DNA of 64,000 nt from Candidatus Cloacimonadales bacterium (lineage in GTDB: Bacteria; Cloacimonadota; Cloacimonadia; Cloacimonadales; JAFGVF01), in assembly GCA_963662585.1 (NCBI GenBank), contig OY759729.1, positions 2,144,001 through 2,208,000 of the forward strand. The letters are read 5' to 3'. The position numbers were made by a program, and so were the translations under genes. The notes under the pieces were generated by a model. It searched no databases. It was not told where the DNA came from and saw nothing but the letters and a program-made list of their open reading frames with translations. Shown here in pieces: positions 1-9,011 of the stretch (the first letter of the stretch is position 1; each line of letters opens with the position of its first letter).

Positions 1-240
1 CCGGGAGCTAAAGCTAAAGATATCAGCGTAGGAGTATATAATCTCAAAGGCCAGAAAGTAAGAGATTTACAGGTAGGTCAAAGTTTTTATAACAACTTAA
101 AAGTAGATAACCCTACCTATAGTTTGCACTGGGACCTAAAGAATAATAGAGGTAAAAATGTTTCTAGTGGTATCTATTTTATTAAAGCTGATGATAGGCA
201 AGGGCATTCTGTTATTACAAAATCGTGTGTGATGAAATAG
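1..240 (+). CDS. 3' end of a secreted T9SS/FlgD-type CTD protein, paralogue of 6554..9004 and 9012..11462 (partial)
   Basis: Frame 1 reads PGAKAKDISVGVYNLKGQKVRDLQVGQSFYNNLKVDNPTYSLHWDLKNNRGKNVSSGIYFIKADDRQGHSVITKSCVMK*, almost identical to the C-termini of the two 816-aa paralogues. Confidence 0.9.
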   Translation, partial: PGAKAKDISVGVYNLKGQKVRDLQVGQSFYNNLKVDNPTYSLHWDLKNNRGKNVSSGIYFIKADDRQGHSVITKSCVMK

Positions 241-248
241 GAGACTTA

Positions 249-335
249 ATGTATAAAATAAATTTATTCCTTATAATATTGCTTATAGCCAGCGTTAATA
301 TTACAGCTACAGTATTAGAAGTAGGATTAGGTTAG
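249..335 (+). pseudogene. Truncated 5' stub (signal peptide only) of another array paralogue
   Basis: RBS AGGAG then MYKINLFLIILLIASVNITATVLEVGLG*, matching the start of 6554 (MYKIKILMLILLIANINITATVLEVGLSQ). Confidence 0.8.
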
Positions 336-432
336 GTTAATAACTTGATAAAAAAATTTTGTTCTACAACTCTAAAGTAAATATTTATCAATTTAATTAA
401 AAACTACAAAAAAAAGATGAAAAGAGTTGGTG

Positions 433-1383
433 TTAATCTTTGAAAATGCCCTCTCTATCTTGTACAATTTTAATTTTATTCAGCTTAACTAAATCTTTGA
501 ACAATTGTCTATCTACTGATGTTTTACCTTTCTTATTTACTTTTTGGGCACTCTTTAACTCTTCTGGAATATCATTAGCTGAGTGAGAAACAACATACTT
601 TGGAAGGATAGGGAATTCAACTAACTTAATTTTCGTATCATTCTCTAATTGAAATTTAAAAATAAATACTTTTATTTCATTAGCAAAATTTCTGTAAAAT
701 ATTATTCCTTTATAGTATTCTTCTGAAAGGAAATCAATAGTGATTTTTGTTAGAGTTTTAATCTGAATATCATTGATAATGTCATTTATTTTACAATCAG
801 AAAGTGATTTAGAAAATTCAACTAATTTATTTTCATTTAAAGCCAAGATAAACTTTCTTAGAAAATAGTAGATACCATTATGGAGTTTTGTCCCTGAAAT
901 TGAACTACTAAAAACATGATCGTGCATCTTTTTGAATAAGATGATCTCTTGAGTTAAGTTATATATTTTATTTTTTAATCTCTTCTTTTTTATCTTATAA
1001 GCTTGAGCTAACTGGCTAATCTTATAATGTTCGTTATAGTATTTGTGTAATAATTTTTGGTCAGGCTTTTTGATGAAGTCATAAGAATAAAAATCAAGTT
1101 TGTATTCATCCTTTTCAAAATCATCAATAGCGATATTCTCTAAAAAAGAAGGTTCAAACATTAATTCCTTACTTTTCTGAGATATCTTGAATTGTTTAAA
1201 ACAGAAGTTTTTAGTTACTGTATATAACCAATTATCTAACTTTTCAGGATCAATCTTGTCACTATTAACAAATAATTGGATAGCTGCTAGCTGAGCAATA
1301 TCAAGAGCTTTGTCTTTATCGTTAAGGTATTTATATGCAACCTTTAAAGAATAATCTAATACTTTGTCATAATTAAAATTCAT
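433..1383 (-). CDS. ECF-type sigma-70 factor with long C-terminal extension
   Basis: Region-2-like AYKYLNDKDKALDIAQ...NWLYTVTKNFC; region-4-like HTH YKISQLAQAYKIKKKRLKNKI; about 165 additional C-terminal residues. Confidence 0.7.
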   Translation of the reverse strand: MNFNYDKVLDYSLKVAYKYLNDKDKALDIAQLAAIQLFVNSDKIDPEKLDNWLYTVTKNFCFKQFKISQKSKELMFEPSFLENIAIDDFEKDEYKLDFYSYDFIKKPDQKLLHKYYNEHYKISQLAQAYKIKKKRLKNKIYNLTQEIILFKKMHDHVFSSSISGTKLHNGIYYFLRKFILALNENKLVEFSKSLSDCKINDIINDIQIKTLTKITIDFLSEEYYKGIIFYRNFANEIKVFIFKFQLENDTKIKLVEFPILPKYVVSHSANDIPEELKSAQKVNKKGKTSVDRQLFKDLVKLNKIKIVQDREGIFKD

Positions 1384-1493
1384 TTAACTGCACCTTTGTA
1401 ATATTATGTAACTCATATATATACAAGATTTTCAACGAAAATAACATCTTTTTTGACTCTAATATATATAAAGATTTATTTGGGAGTCACATA

Positions 1494-1697
1494 ATGAAAA
1501 AAATCATGTTATTTCTTACTATTGTCATTTTTTGTACATCTGTATATTCAAGTCAAGGAGAATTTGCAGAATATAGACATTTAACATTAGCGGAAATTGA
1601 AAATGTTGATTATCAGGTTGTTTTAAGAAACGAAAATGATGATATTATTCTAGTAATTATCGAAGGGGAGGTATTCTATGTAGATAATGAATGGTAA
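1494..1697 (+). CDS. Small secreted hypothetical protein
   Basis: Signal peptide MKKIMLFLTIVIFCTSVYS, RBS GGGAG, acidic mature part. Confidence 0.7.
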   Translation: MKKIMLFLTIVIFCTSVYSSQGEFAEYRHLTLAEIENVDYQVVLRNENDDIILVIIEGEVFYVDNEW

Positions 1698-1759
1698 GCA
1701 TATCTCAAATTAACCAACAAAATTATATGATGATGGAGTAGTAAAAAAAAGGAGAACAA

Positions 1760-4700
1760 ATGAAAAAAATTACTTTAATATTATTGATAACTGCTTTTGT
1801 TGCAGTATTATCGAGCCAAAACATGCGAGATGGGCAAAGCTTTAATTTGTATTATGACAATGAAACTTCATGGGGTGAACTTGATGTAAATGACAATATT
1901 GTTCCTACTAGGATGGTCTTTTCATATAATTCCGAATTGAATTTCAACTACAATTTGAACAAATTATTTGGTGATGAAATGGGAGACTGTTATACCCTTT
2001 ATGGTGATTTTGTTGATTTCAAAATTTACGTAGATGATGTTATTCAATCTGATATTAGATATAGCAATAATGAATTTAGAAGTGCAATGGCGTCAGTATC
2101 GCAACAGTTATTTACTTATCAATCGCTATCAGTTGGTGCTTTTGATGTTAAATTTGAATTAATTTTTGATGGACATATGACCTGTAACTGGACTTATTAT
2201 GAGAGATTGTCTATTAATAAAACATTTTTCATATTGAATGAATATAAGGATTTATGTGAAGACATTAGCTTGTTAAATATTCATCAATCCAGCTATGAAA
2301 ATTCATCTTATTCACACATTAACAATGAATATATAAATAACTATACGGGAGATAAAATAATTTATTTTGGTTCTCAAAATCCTAATCCTAATAGCAGTGT
2401 GATTATGATTGAAGGATTTGATTTTTTTAATTCAGGAGCTCAACTTAGTTATTTTACAAACAGTTCAATCTATGATGAGGTAATTGTGAATAATGATATT
2501 TACTATATTCAATTTCATGATACTCAAAAAGATATGAGATATAACGCATTATCAGTCGTAAGAGCAATCTCTAAAATTCATGAAATTAGAACTGAAGATC
2601 GGCCATTTACCATTATAGGTTTTTCCGCAGGTGGAGTAATAGCACGATTTGCTTTGGCATGGATGGAAGAAGTAGGATTACAACATTTTACAAATCATTT
2701 AATTATGGTCGATTCTCCATTACGAGGTGCATATATAAATCAAGATATACAGACAGCTTTATACAGTATTTCAGGTGATGAAGGTGGTACAGATATAGGA
2801 AACAATAATATAATGATTACGGCAACATCGATAATCAAAAATACGCTTAGATCTTCTGCCGCAAGACAAATGTTAAGAAACAATAAATATGCATCAGGAA
2901 CAAACATTACAGGAGTAGGAAGTGATGATGCACTTTATTTCTATAGTTATCTAAATCTTATTGATAGAGAATACCTAGTTCAAAACTCATCAATGAATCC
3001 TCCAAATACTTTAAATAATGATGTAGCAAATACTAATAATAAACCAGGTTATCCATATAAACAAAATAATATTAAGTGTTCAGCAGTTTCTCTCGGGTCA
3101 TTATTAACTAATGGTGTACCCTCAGTTAATGGAGAGGAAGAAATACTCTTGAGTTTATATCTAGATATTGAATCGAGTTATTATGCTAATGCTACAGTTT
3201 TCTTTTGGGAACCTGGAACTCATGGATATAATAATGTTGGAATATCTAAAACTATTTATTGTAATGATGATAGTGATTATTGGCCAGGAGGGTGTTTACC
3301 AATATCATCCGAATCAAATCAATTAGTAGAATATGAACTGAATTTAGGTATTGGAGGTGCATTATTAAATATAAATGCTGGTGGATCAGTAGAAGTAAAT
3401 TTAGGGCTGAGTGTTATGCATAATTCAACATTTATTCCAACATTTTCGGCTCTAGATTTACAATCTGATGATTTTAATTTTGCTTTAACATCCCCAGAAG
3501 ATATACCTAGACAGATTACATTTAATCATTTATCATCATCGCCAATGAATATTGACGACATCTATTACCAAAGAACTAATCATGTGCAACATGCCTATTC
3601 AAGCTATGATTACTCACAACTAAGAAATAACTCTAATCATTGTTTCATTAATGATTATCTAGAAAACTCAAATAACCCTACTTCTCCTTTTGGAATATCA
3701 TCTCATTATATTTCTGGAAACATCATCTCAAATGATGGTTCACCTCTTGTTAATACAACAGTAACAATTACAAGCTCTAATAATGAAGATTTAGGCATTA
3801 CAGTAACAGATGGAAATGGCTATTATTCAATACCAATTTACACTATAGATAGTCATATTGATGTTAAAGCACAAAGAAATGACTTCTATACCCAATACTT
3901 GGCATTAAGCATCAGTGCTAGTCAGTATGAGTATTCAGCAGATCTTACTTGTTTGCCTATAGATAACGAAGTGTTGTTTGTTTCAGAAAATCTGATTAAT
4001 GGAAGAGAATATTTTGGCTCAATTCATTCTGCTATGTTATATGTAACCAATAATATACCAGAGAATATTGATAGAGTAGTAATTAATTTATTATCAGATA
4101 TAACAAACGAAGACTATTTGCAGATTATGAATACTTCTGTTTCTGGTAAGAAAATAGTTCTTAAGGGAAACAACAGAACTATGTCTAACAAACTAATATT
4201 ATTATCCGAATACGGAGATATTGAAATATTGAAGCTTAACTTCCAAGGAGCAAATCAAGCAATTGATACCAGTTATTTGTTAGAGAATACTTCCTTATCA
4301 CTAGTTAATTGTAAATTTAAAAACAACAATCAGGCAATTTTCTTTGAGTATCTTGGAATAAACAATAATATAAACATCGAAACTTGTACATTTACTAATA
4401 ATAGTAATACTGCTGCTTACTCTGACGACTATGATTTAGCTTATCTGAATACAGATTCAATCATAGGGGTTGGTGGAGCAATATATATTAATGGAGGAAA
4501 CACATTAGAAAATGCCGTAACAATAGATAATTGTACCTTTGGTGATAACCATGCAAAAGTAGGAGGAGCTATTTTTGTGAAAGGAATTCCTGAGCTAACA
4601 ATAGAGAATTCTACATTTATAGATAACTATATTGATAGTGAAAATATTGTATATAACGGTATTTACAAAGCATCATCAATCTATATTCATGAAACAAATC

Positions 4701-6469
4701 TGAACCTTAATCATAATATATTTGATGAATTTGTAGATAATAGTACATTTATGAGTCCTGATGCTCTCTTGTCTTTATCTGGGAATTCTGAATTGTATTC
4801 TTTAAATAATACTTATATAAATAATTATAGTGGTAGGAGTATTTTATGTTATGATAATTCCCAAATTAGTTGCATTAATGATATTTTTCTAACAAAGGAA
4901 AATGTAAATTATGCAGTAGGATGTTATAATGGCACACAAAGCGAATTATCTAATTGTATAATTTATGGTTACGCTTCTTCTAACCCTGTTCCTATGTCCT
5001 CAGGATATGAAATTGTAGACCCTCTCTTAGACAGCAACTATCGCCCAATCTGGACATTAGCTCAACAATCTCCTTGTATTGAAGCTGGAGTTAGAGATTT
5101 AGATGGTGATGGTTCATGGTGGTTTGAAGATAAGGATGATCAAGATATATATGGAACAAGACCAGAAATAGGTGCTATACCTGCTGATATGGATGGTTGG
5201 GGACATGTTCTTCCAGCCAATCAAGTTAGGTGGATTTGTTTCCCTTATACTTTAAATGATCCAAGTCGATATGAACTAACTCATTACCTTGAAGGTGCCC
5301 AAGTGAATTTTATAAATCATGACTATACCAATAACCCAGGCACCTCTCCAAACACTCCAGTCTTCGGACAAAAAGGCTTTAAGATAAGAGCGTTTGCAAA
5401 TGATTATAAAATAGATCATTTTGGTAAGCCTGTTGGCCATCCTCTGCATTATCCAAGTGGTAATCAGATTATCTTATCTCGTTTACCATTTGCTCAATCA
5501 GGGTCTAACTTAATAGGCTATTACAAAGAGGATAGCTGTAATCCTATGGATGCTTTCCAAAATCTTTTAGATTCAGGAATGATAGAATCTGTTAAGGGTG
5601 AAGATTGGACAATCTATTATGGATATCCTCAGAGTCCTAAAGGAGATATTACTGATTTAGGTTGGCATTTAATCTCTCATACCGGGAAAAGACCATCCCT
5701 AGATCTAGGTGAAGCTGTTGATGTTGTGTATTGTGGAGACAGTGAGCAAATTGAGTTTAACTGGAGTGATGGACTTACTGTAGTTCCCAAAGTTAAAAGT
5801 ATTAAACCGGTTACTTTTACTTACCAAGAAAAAGAGAATTATTTACCATTGCAGGTTAAAATTGCAGATTTCACTCCTGATAAATCTTCAGAGCCTTTCG
5901 GAGAATTAGGTGTTTATATTAATGGTCAATGCAAAGGTGCTGGTATAATAGCAGATTCAGTTGTTACTGTTTTTGCTTACTTGGATTCTTTAGTGTTAAC
6001 AGAAAATGATACCATCTCCTTTGTTATGCATGATTATCATGACAGCAAAAATGTAAAGAAATTTGCAGATTACAGAGTTTATGATTCTATAATTGATAAT
6101 TATGTTGAGCAAATTTCTCATAAGATTAATGATGAGATTGTATTCTTTGATCTGGTATCTAAAGATGATCAACAAAGCAATGTAATACCGGTAGTAACAG
6201 AGATTAGATCAATTTATCCAAATCCATTTAACCCTGAAACGACAATTGAGTTTAACCTAAAGGAAAATAGTGATGTAAATATCCGAGTCTATAACCTCAA
6301 AGGTCAGTTGGTAAAAACTGTAATCAACAGTAAATTTGAGGCAGGTAATCATAAAGTAGTATGGAATGGTACTAACTCAAATGAACAGAAAGTTGCGTCA
6401 GGACTTTATTTCTGTCGCATGGAAACAAAAGATAAGAGTGTCACTAAGAAAATGATTCTCATGAAATAG
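1760..6469 (+). CDS. Large secreted multidomain protein: alpha/beta-hydrolase, carboxypeptidase-regulatory-like domain, right-handed beta-helix, FlgD/T9SS-type CTD
   Basis: Signal peptide; IEGFD, GFSAGG (GxSxG) and DSPLRGA motifs; GGAIY/GGAIF repeats; YPNPFNPETTIEF...YNLKGQLV...SGLYF...KKMILMK tail. Confidence 0.85.
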   Translation: MKKITLILLITAFVAVLSSQNMRDGQSFNLYYDNETSWGELDVNDNIVPTRMVFSYNSELNFNYNLNKLFGDEMGDCYTLYGDFVDFKIYVDDVIQSDIRYSNNEFRSAMASVSQQLFTYQSLSVGAFDVKFELIFDGHMTCNWTYYERLSINKTFFILNEYKDLCEDISLLNIHQSSYENSSYSHINNEYINNYTGDKIIYFGSQNPNPNSSVIMIEGFDFFNSGAQLSYFTNSSIYDEVIVNNDIYYIQFHDTQKDMRYNALSVVRAISKIHEIRTEDRPFTIIGFSAGGVIARFALAWMEEVGLQHFTNHLIMVDSPLRGAYINQDIQTALYSISGDEGGTDIGNNNIMITATSIIKNTLRSSAARQMLRNNKYASGTNITGVGSDDALYFYSYLNLIDREYLVQNSSMNPPNTLNNDVANTNNKPGYPYKQNNIKCSAVSLGSLLTNGVPSVNGEEEILLSLYLDIESSYYANATVFFWEPGTHGYNNVGISKTIYCNDDSDYWPGGCLPISSESNQLVEYELNLGIGGALLNINAGGSVEVNLGLSVMHNSTFIPTFSALDLQSDDFNFALTSPEDIPRQITFNHLSSSPMNIDDIYYQRTNHVQHAYSSYDYSQLRNNSNHCFINDYLENSNNPTSPFGISSHYISGNIISNDGSPLVNTTVTITSSNNEDLGITVTDGNGYYSIPIYTIDSHIDVKAQRNDFYTQYLALSISASQYEYSADLTCLPIDNEVLFVSENLINGREYFGSIHSAMLYVTNNIPENIDRVVINLLSDITNEDYLQIMNTSVSGKKIVLKGNNRTMSNKLILLSEYGDIEILKLNFQGANQAIDTSYLLENTSLSLVNCKFKNNNQAIFFEYLGINNNINIETCTFTNNSNTAAYSDDYDLAYLNTDSIIGVGGAIYINGGNTLENAVTIDNCTFGDNHAKVGGAIFVKGIPELTIENSTFIDNYIDSENIVYNGIYKASSIYIHETNLNLNHNIFDEFVDNSTFMSPDALLSLSGNSELYSLNNTYINNYSGRSILCYDNSQISCINDIFLTKENVNYAVGCYNGTQSELSNCIIYGYASSNPVPMSSGYEIVDPLLDSNYRPIWTLAQQSPCIEAGVRDLDGDGSWWFEDKDDQDIYGTRPEIGAIPADMDGWGHVLPANQVRWICFPYTLNDPSRYELTHYLEGAQVNFINHDYTNNPGTSPNTPVFGQKGFKIRAFANDYKIDHFGKPVGHPLHYPSGNQIILSRLPFAQSGSNLIGYYKEDSCNPMDAFQNLLDSGMIESVKGEDWTIYYGYPQSPKGDITDLGWHLISHTGKRPSLDLGEAVDVVYCGDSEQIEFNWSDGLTVVPKVKSIKPVTFTYQEKENYLPLQVKIADFTPDKSSEPFGELGVYINGQCKGAGIIADSVVTVFAYLDSLVLTENDTISFVMHDYHDSKNVKKFADYRVYDSIIDNYVEQISHKINDEIVFFDLVSKDDQQSNVIPVVTEIRSIYPNPFNPETTIEFNLKENSDVNIRVYNLKGQLVKTVINSKFEAGNHKVVWNGTNSNEQKVASGLYFCRMETKDKSVTKKMILMK

Positions 6470-6553
6470 TTGACAGAAAAAGTAGATAAATAGTAATATG
6501 ATACAGAGGGAGGATTACTCTCTCTGTATTCATTTTAATAACTAGGAGACCTC

Positions 6554-9004
6554 ATGTATAAAATAAAGATATTAATGCTAATATTGCTAATAGCCAACAT
6601 TAATATTACTGCTACAGTCTTAGAAGTTGGCTTAAGCCAAGATTTTACTTACAACACTATCCAATCTGCCGTAGATGCAGCAGTAGATTATGATACCGTT
6701 TTAGTTCACCCAGGAAGGTACCTTGAAAATGTTGAAATTTTAGAGAAAAGTCTTACTCTTGGGTCTTTATTTTTAACAACAGGTAACGAAGCTTATATAG
6801 ACTCAACTATTATTGATGGAAATAATCATTGGAGAGTTATATTTTTTAAGCACAATAGGTATTTACCTTCAGTTAAGTGGTTTAGAGTAAGTGGTTTATC
6901 AATAGTAAATGGTAATACTTTGACTAACCATAATAGCTTGCCAGAGGGGGTAAGTATACATGGAGGGGGTATTGCTATTAATGGTTACAGCTATCTAAAT
7001 CAGCAAGCTTCAATTATCGAATATTGCAAAATATATGATAATACTTCAAGCCAAGGTGGTGGAATAGCAATCTCTGAAGCCAATGTTGATATTGCAGGAT
7101 GTGAAATTTTGGATAACAATGGAGGACAATTTGGTGGTGGGATTTACAGTATGGGAATTGATTACCGATTAGAATTATCTGAAACATATCCTAATTCTGT
7201 TTATAATAACAGTGCTGGTAAGGGCAGAGATGTTTATATAGAACCTGTAAATAGTAATCCTTCATATCTAAACGGACTTTATTTTGATAAAATTTCAGTA
7301 GCTCCTGAAGGTGATTTCTCTCACTACTATTATGTTTCAGATGTGATAGAATGGGATGGAGAAGTTACTTACAATGAAACAGCTTATGAACGCATCGAAG
7401 CTGATCTATATGTTTCTCCCACGGGCAATGATAATAACACAGGTTTAAGTCCAGCTCAAGCACTAAAGACTATTTCTAAAGCAACATCACTATTAAAACC
7501 TCGTACTAATGGAGATTATAATATTGTCTATGTAGCTCCCGGACTATATTCTCCCGATACCACTGGAGAGATATTTCCTATCAGTATGGATAGAGGGATA
7601 AAACTTGTCGGTGCTGGTTCAGCTGATACAATCTTAGACGGAGAAAACCAGATTTGTAATTTCTTCTATTTTGAAGATAATTCAGATATTTCAGTCTCTG
7701 GTTTTAGCTGTAAGAACTTATATTCAAGAGCAGGCTGGGCTGGGATTGTAAGGGCAAACAATGTTGAGAGTTTAGAGATGAAAGATCTTAATGTTGAGAA
7801 TATTCATAGTGATGGTGCCTTTTCTATCTTTTATTCAAATCGTATATTGCTTGAAGATATTTCCTTAAAGAATTACAATTATAATGGATTATTGATTGCG
7901 GCATCTCAAGGAATTATGCATAATATCTGGGCAGATAGTCTTAATGTTACAATGGAAGTAGAGGGTCAAGGTTTTTCAATACCAATAATGTTCGATAGAG
8001 GAAGTTATAGAATATCAAATATAGCAGTAACTAATTCTGTTATTCCTGGAGGAAGAGCTTTTAGTTATGGAAGTGATGTTAGTGTAAGTGATGATTTTGT
8101 GACAGTTAATAATCTATTAGTAGCAAATTGTTCTTATACACCTCTAGATTGGAACTACACAACAGTGGGTTTTACTGGAGAACACTTACCCCAAATGAAA
8201 GTTAATAATATGACATTAGTGAATAATACAAATAACTGGCCAATATTAGGTATTAGAGGGGATGTTAAAATAAGGAATTCAATTTTTGATAATCCTAATA
8301 GCTCTTATGAAATTTATTTATTGGACCCAGCTGAAGTACCTACACCTGGGATATCAGCACTTGATATAGATTACTCTTTAGTAAGAGGTGGTATCGATGC
8401 ATTAGTAACTGATTATGATGAGGAATGGACTCTTAATTGGGGAGATAATATGCTTGATGAAGATCCTGGTTTTGTAGGAGGTGATGAAAGCTTATGGTCA
8501 TCTTATTTCTTAGCTGAAGACTCCCCTTGTATAGATGCAGGAATACCTGATACAACAGGTTTTTATATGACTGCTATGGATTTAAATGGTTGTGAAAGAG
8601 TCTATGGTTCAGCTGTGGACTTAGGTTGTTTCGAATATGGAAGTCCTGTAGCTAATAATGATAATCATGAAATAGAAGCTGTGCAAAATAATATCATGAT
8701 CTATCCTAATCCAGCTCAGCTTAATAATGGCTTAAAAGGAGTAACCACTATAGAATTTACTTTGCCGGGAGCTAAAGCTAAAGATATCAAGGTGGGAGTA
8801 TATAATATAAAAGGCCAGAAAGTAAGAGATTTACAGGTAGGTCAAAGTTTTTATAACAACTTAAAAGTAGATAACCCTACCTATAGTTTGCACTGGGACC
8901 TAAAGAATAATAGAGGAAAAAACGTTTCGAGCGGTATTTATTTTATTAAAGCTGATGATAGACAAGGGCATTCTGTTATTACTAAATGTTGTGTGATGAA
9001 GTAG
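6554..9004 (+). CDS. Secreted beta-helix (DUF1565-like) protein with T9SS/FlgD-type CTD, paralogue A
   Basis: Signal peptide; YNTIQSAVDAA..DTVLVHPGRY; LYVSPTGNDNNTGLSP..LKTI; SPCIDAG; YPNP...YNIKGQKV tail. Confidence 0.85.
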   Translation: MYKIKILMLILLIANINITATVLEVGLSQDFTYNTIQSAVDAAVDYDTVLVHPGRYLENVEILEKSLTLGSLFLTTGNEAYIDSTIIDGNNHWRVIFFKHNRYLPSVKWFRVSGLSIVNGNTLTNHNSLPEGVSIHGGGIAINGYSYLNQQASIIEYCKIYDNTSSQGGGIAISEANVDIAGCEILDNNGGQFGGGIYSMGIDYRLELSETYPNSVYNNSAGKGRDVYIEPVNSNPSYLNGLYFDKISVAPEGDFSHYYYVSDVIEWDGEVTYNETAYERIEADLYVSPTGNDNNTGLSPAQALKTISKATSLLKPRTNGDYNIVYVAPGLYSPDTTGEIFPISMDRGIKLVGAGSADTILDGENQICNFFYFEDNSDISVSGFSCKNLYSRAGWAGIVRANNVESLEMKDLNVENIHSDGAFSIFYSNRILLEDISLKNYNYNGLLIAASQGIMHNIWADSLNVTMEVEGQGFSIPIMFDRGSYRISNIAVTNSVIPGGRAFSYGSDVSVSDDFVTVNNLLVANCSYTPLDWNYTTVGFTGEHLPQMKVNNMTLVNNTNNWPILGIRGDVKIRNSIFDNPNSSYEIYLLDPAEVPTPGISALDIDYSLVRGGIDALVTDYDEEWTLNWGDNMLDEDPGFVGGDESLWSSYFLAEDSPCIDAGIPDTTGFYMTAMDLNGCERVYGSAVDLGCFEYGSPVANNDNHEIEAVQNNIMIYPNPAQLNNGLKGVTTIEFTLPGAKAKDIKVGVYNIKGQKVRDLQVGQSFYNNLKVDNPTYSLHWDLKNNRGKNVSSGIYFIKADDRQGHSVITKCCVMK

Positions 9005-9011
9005 AGGATTT

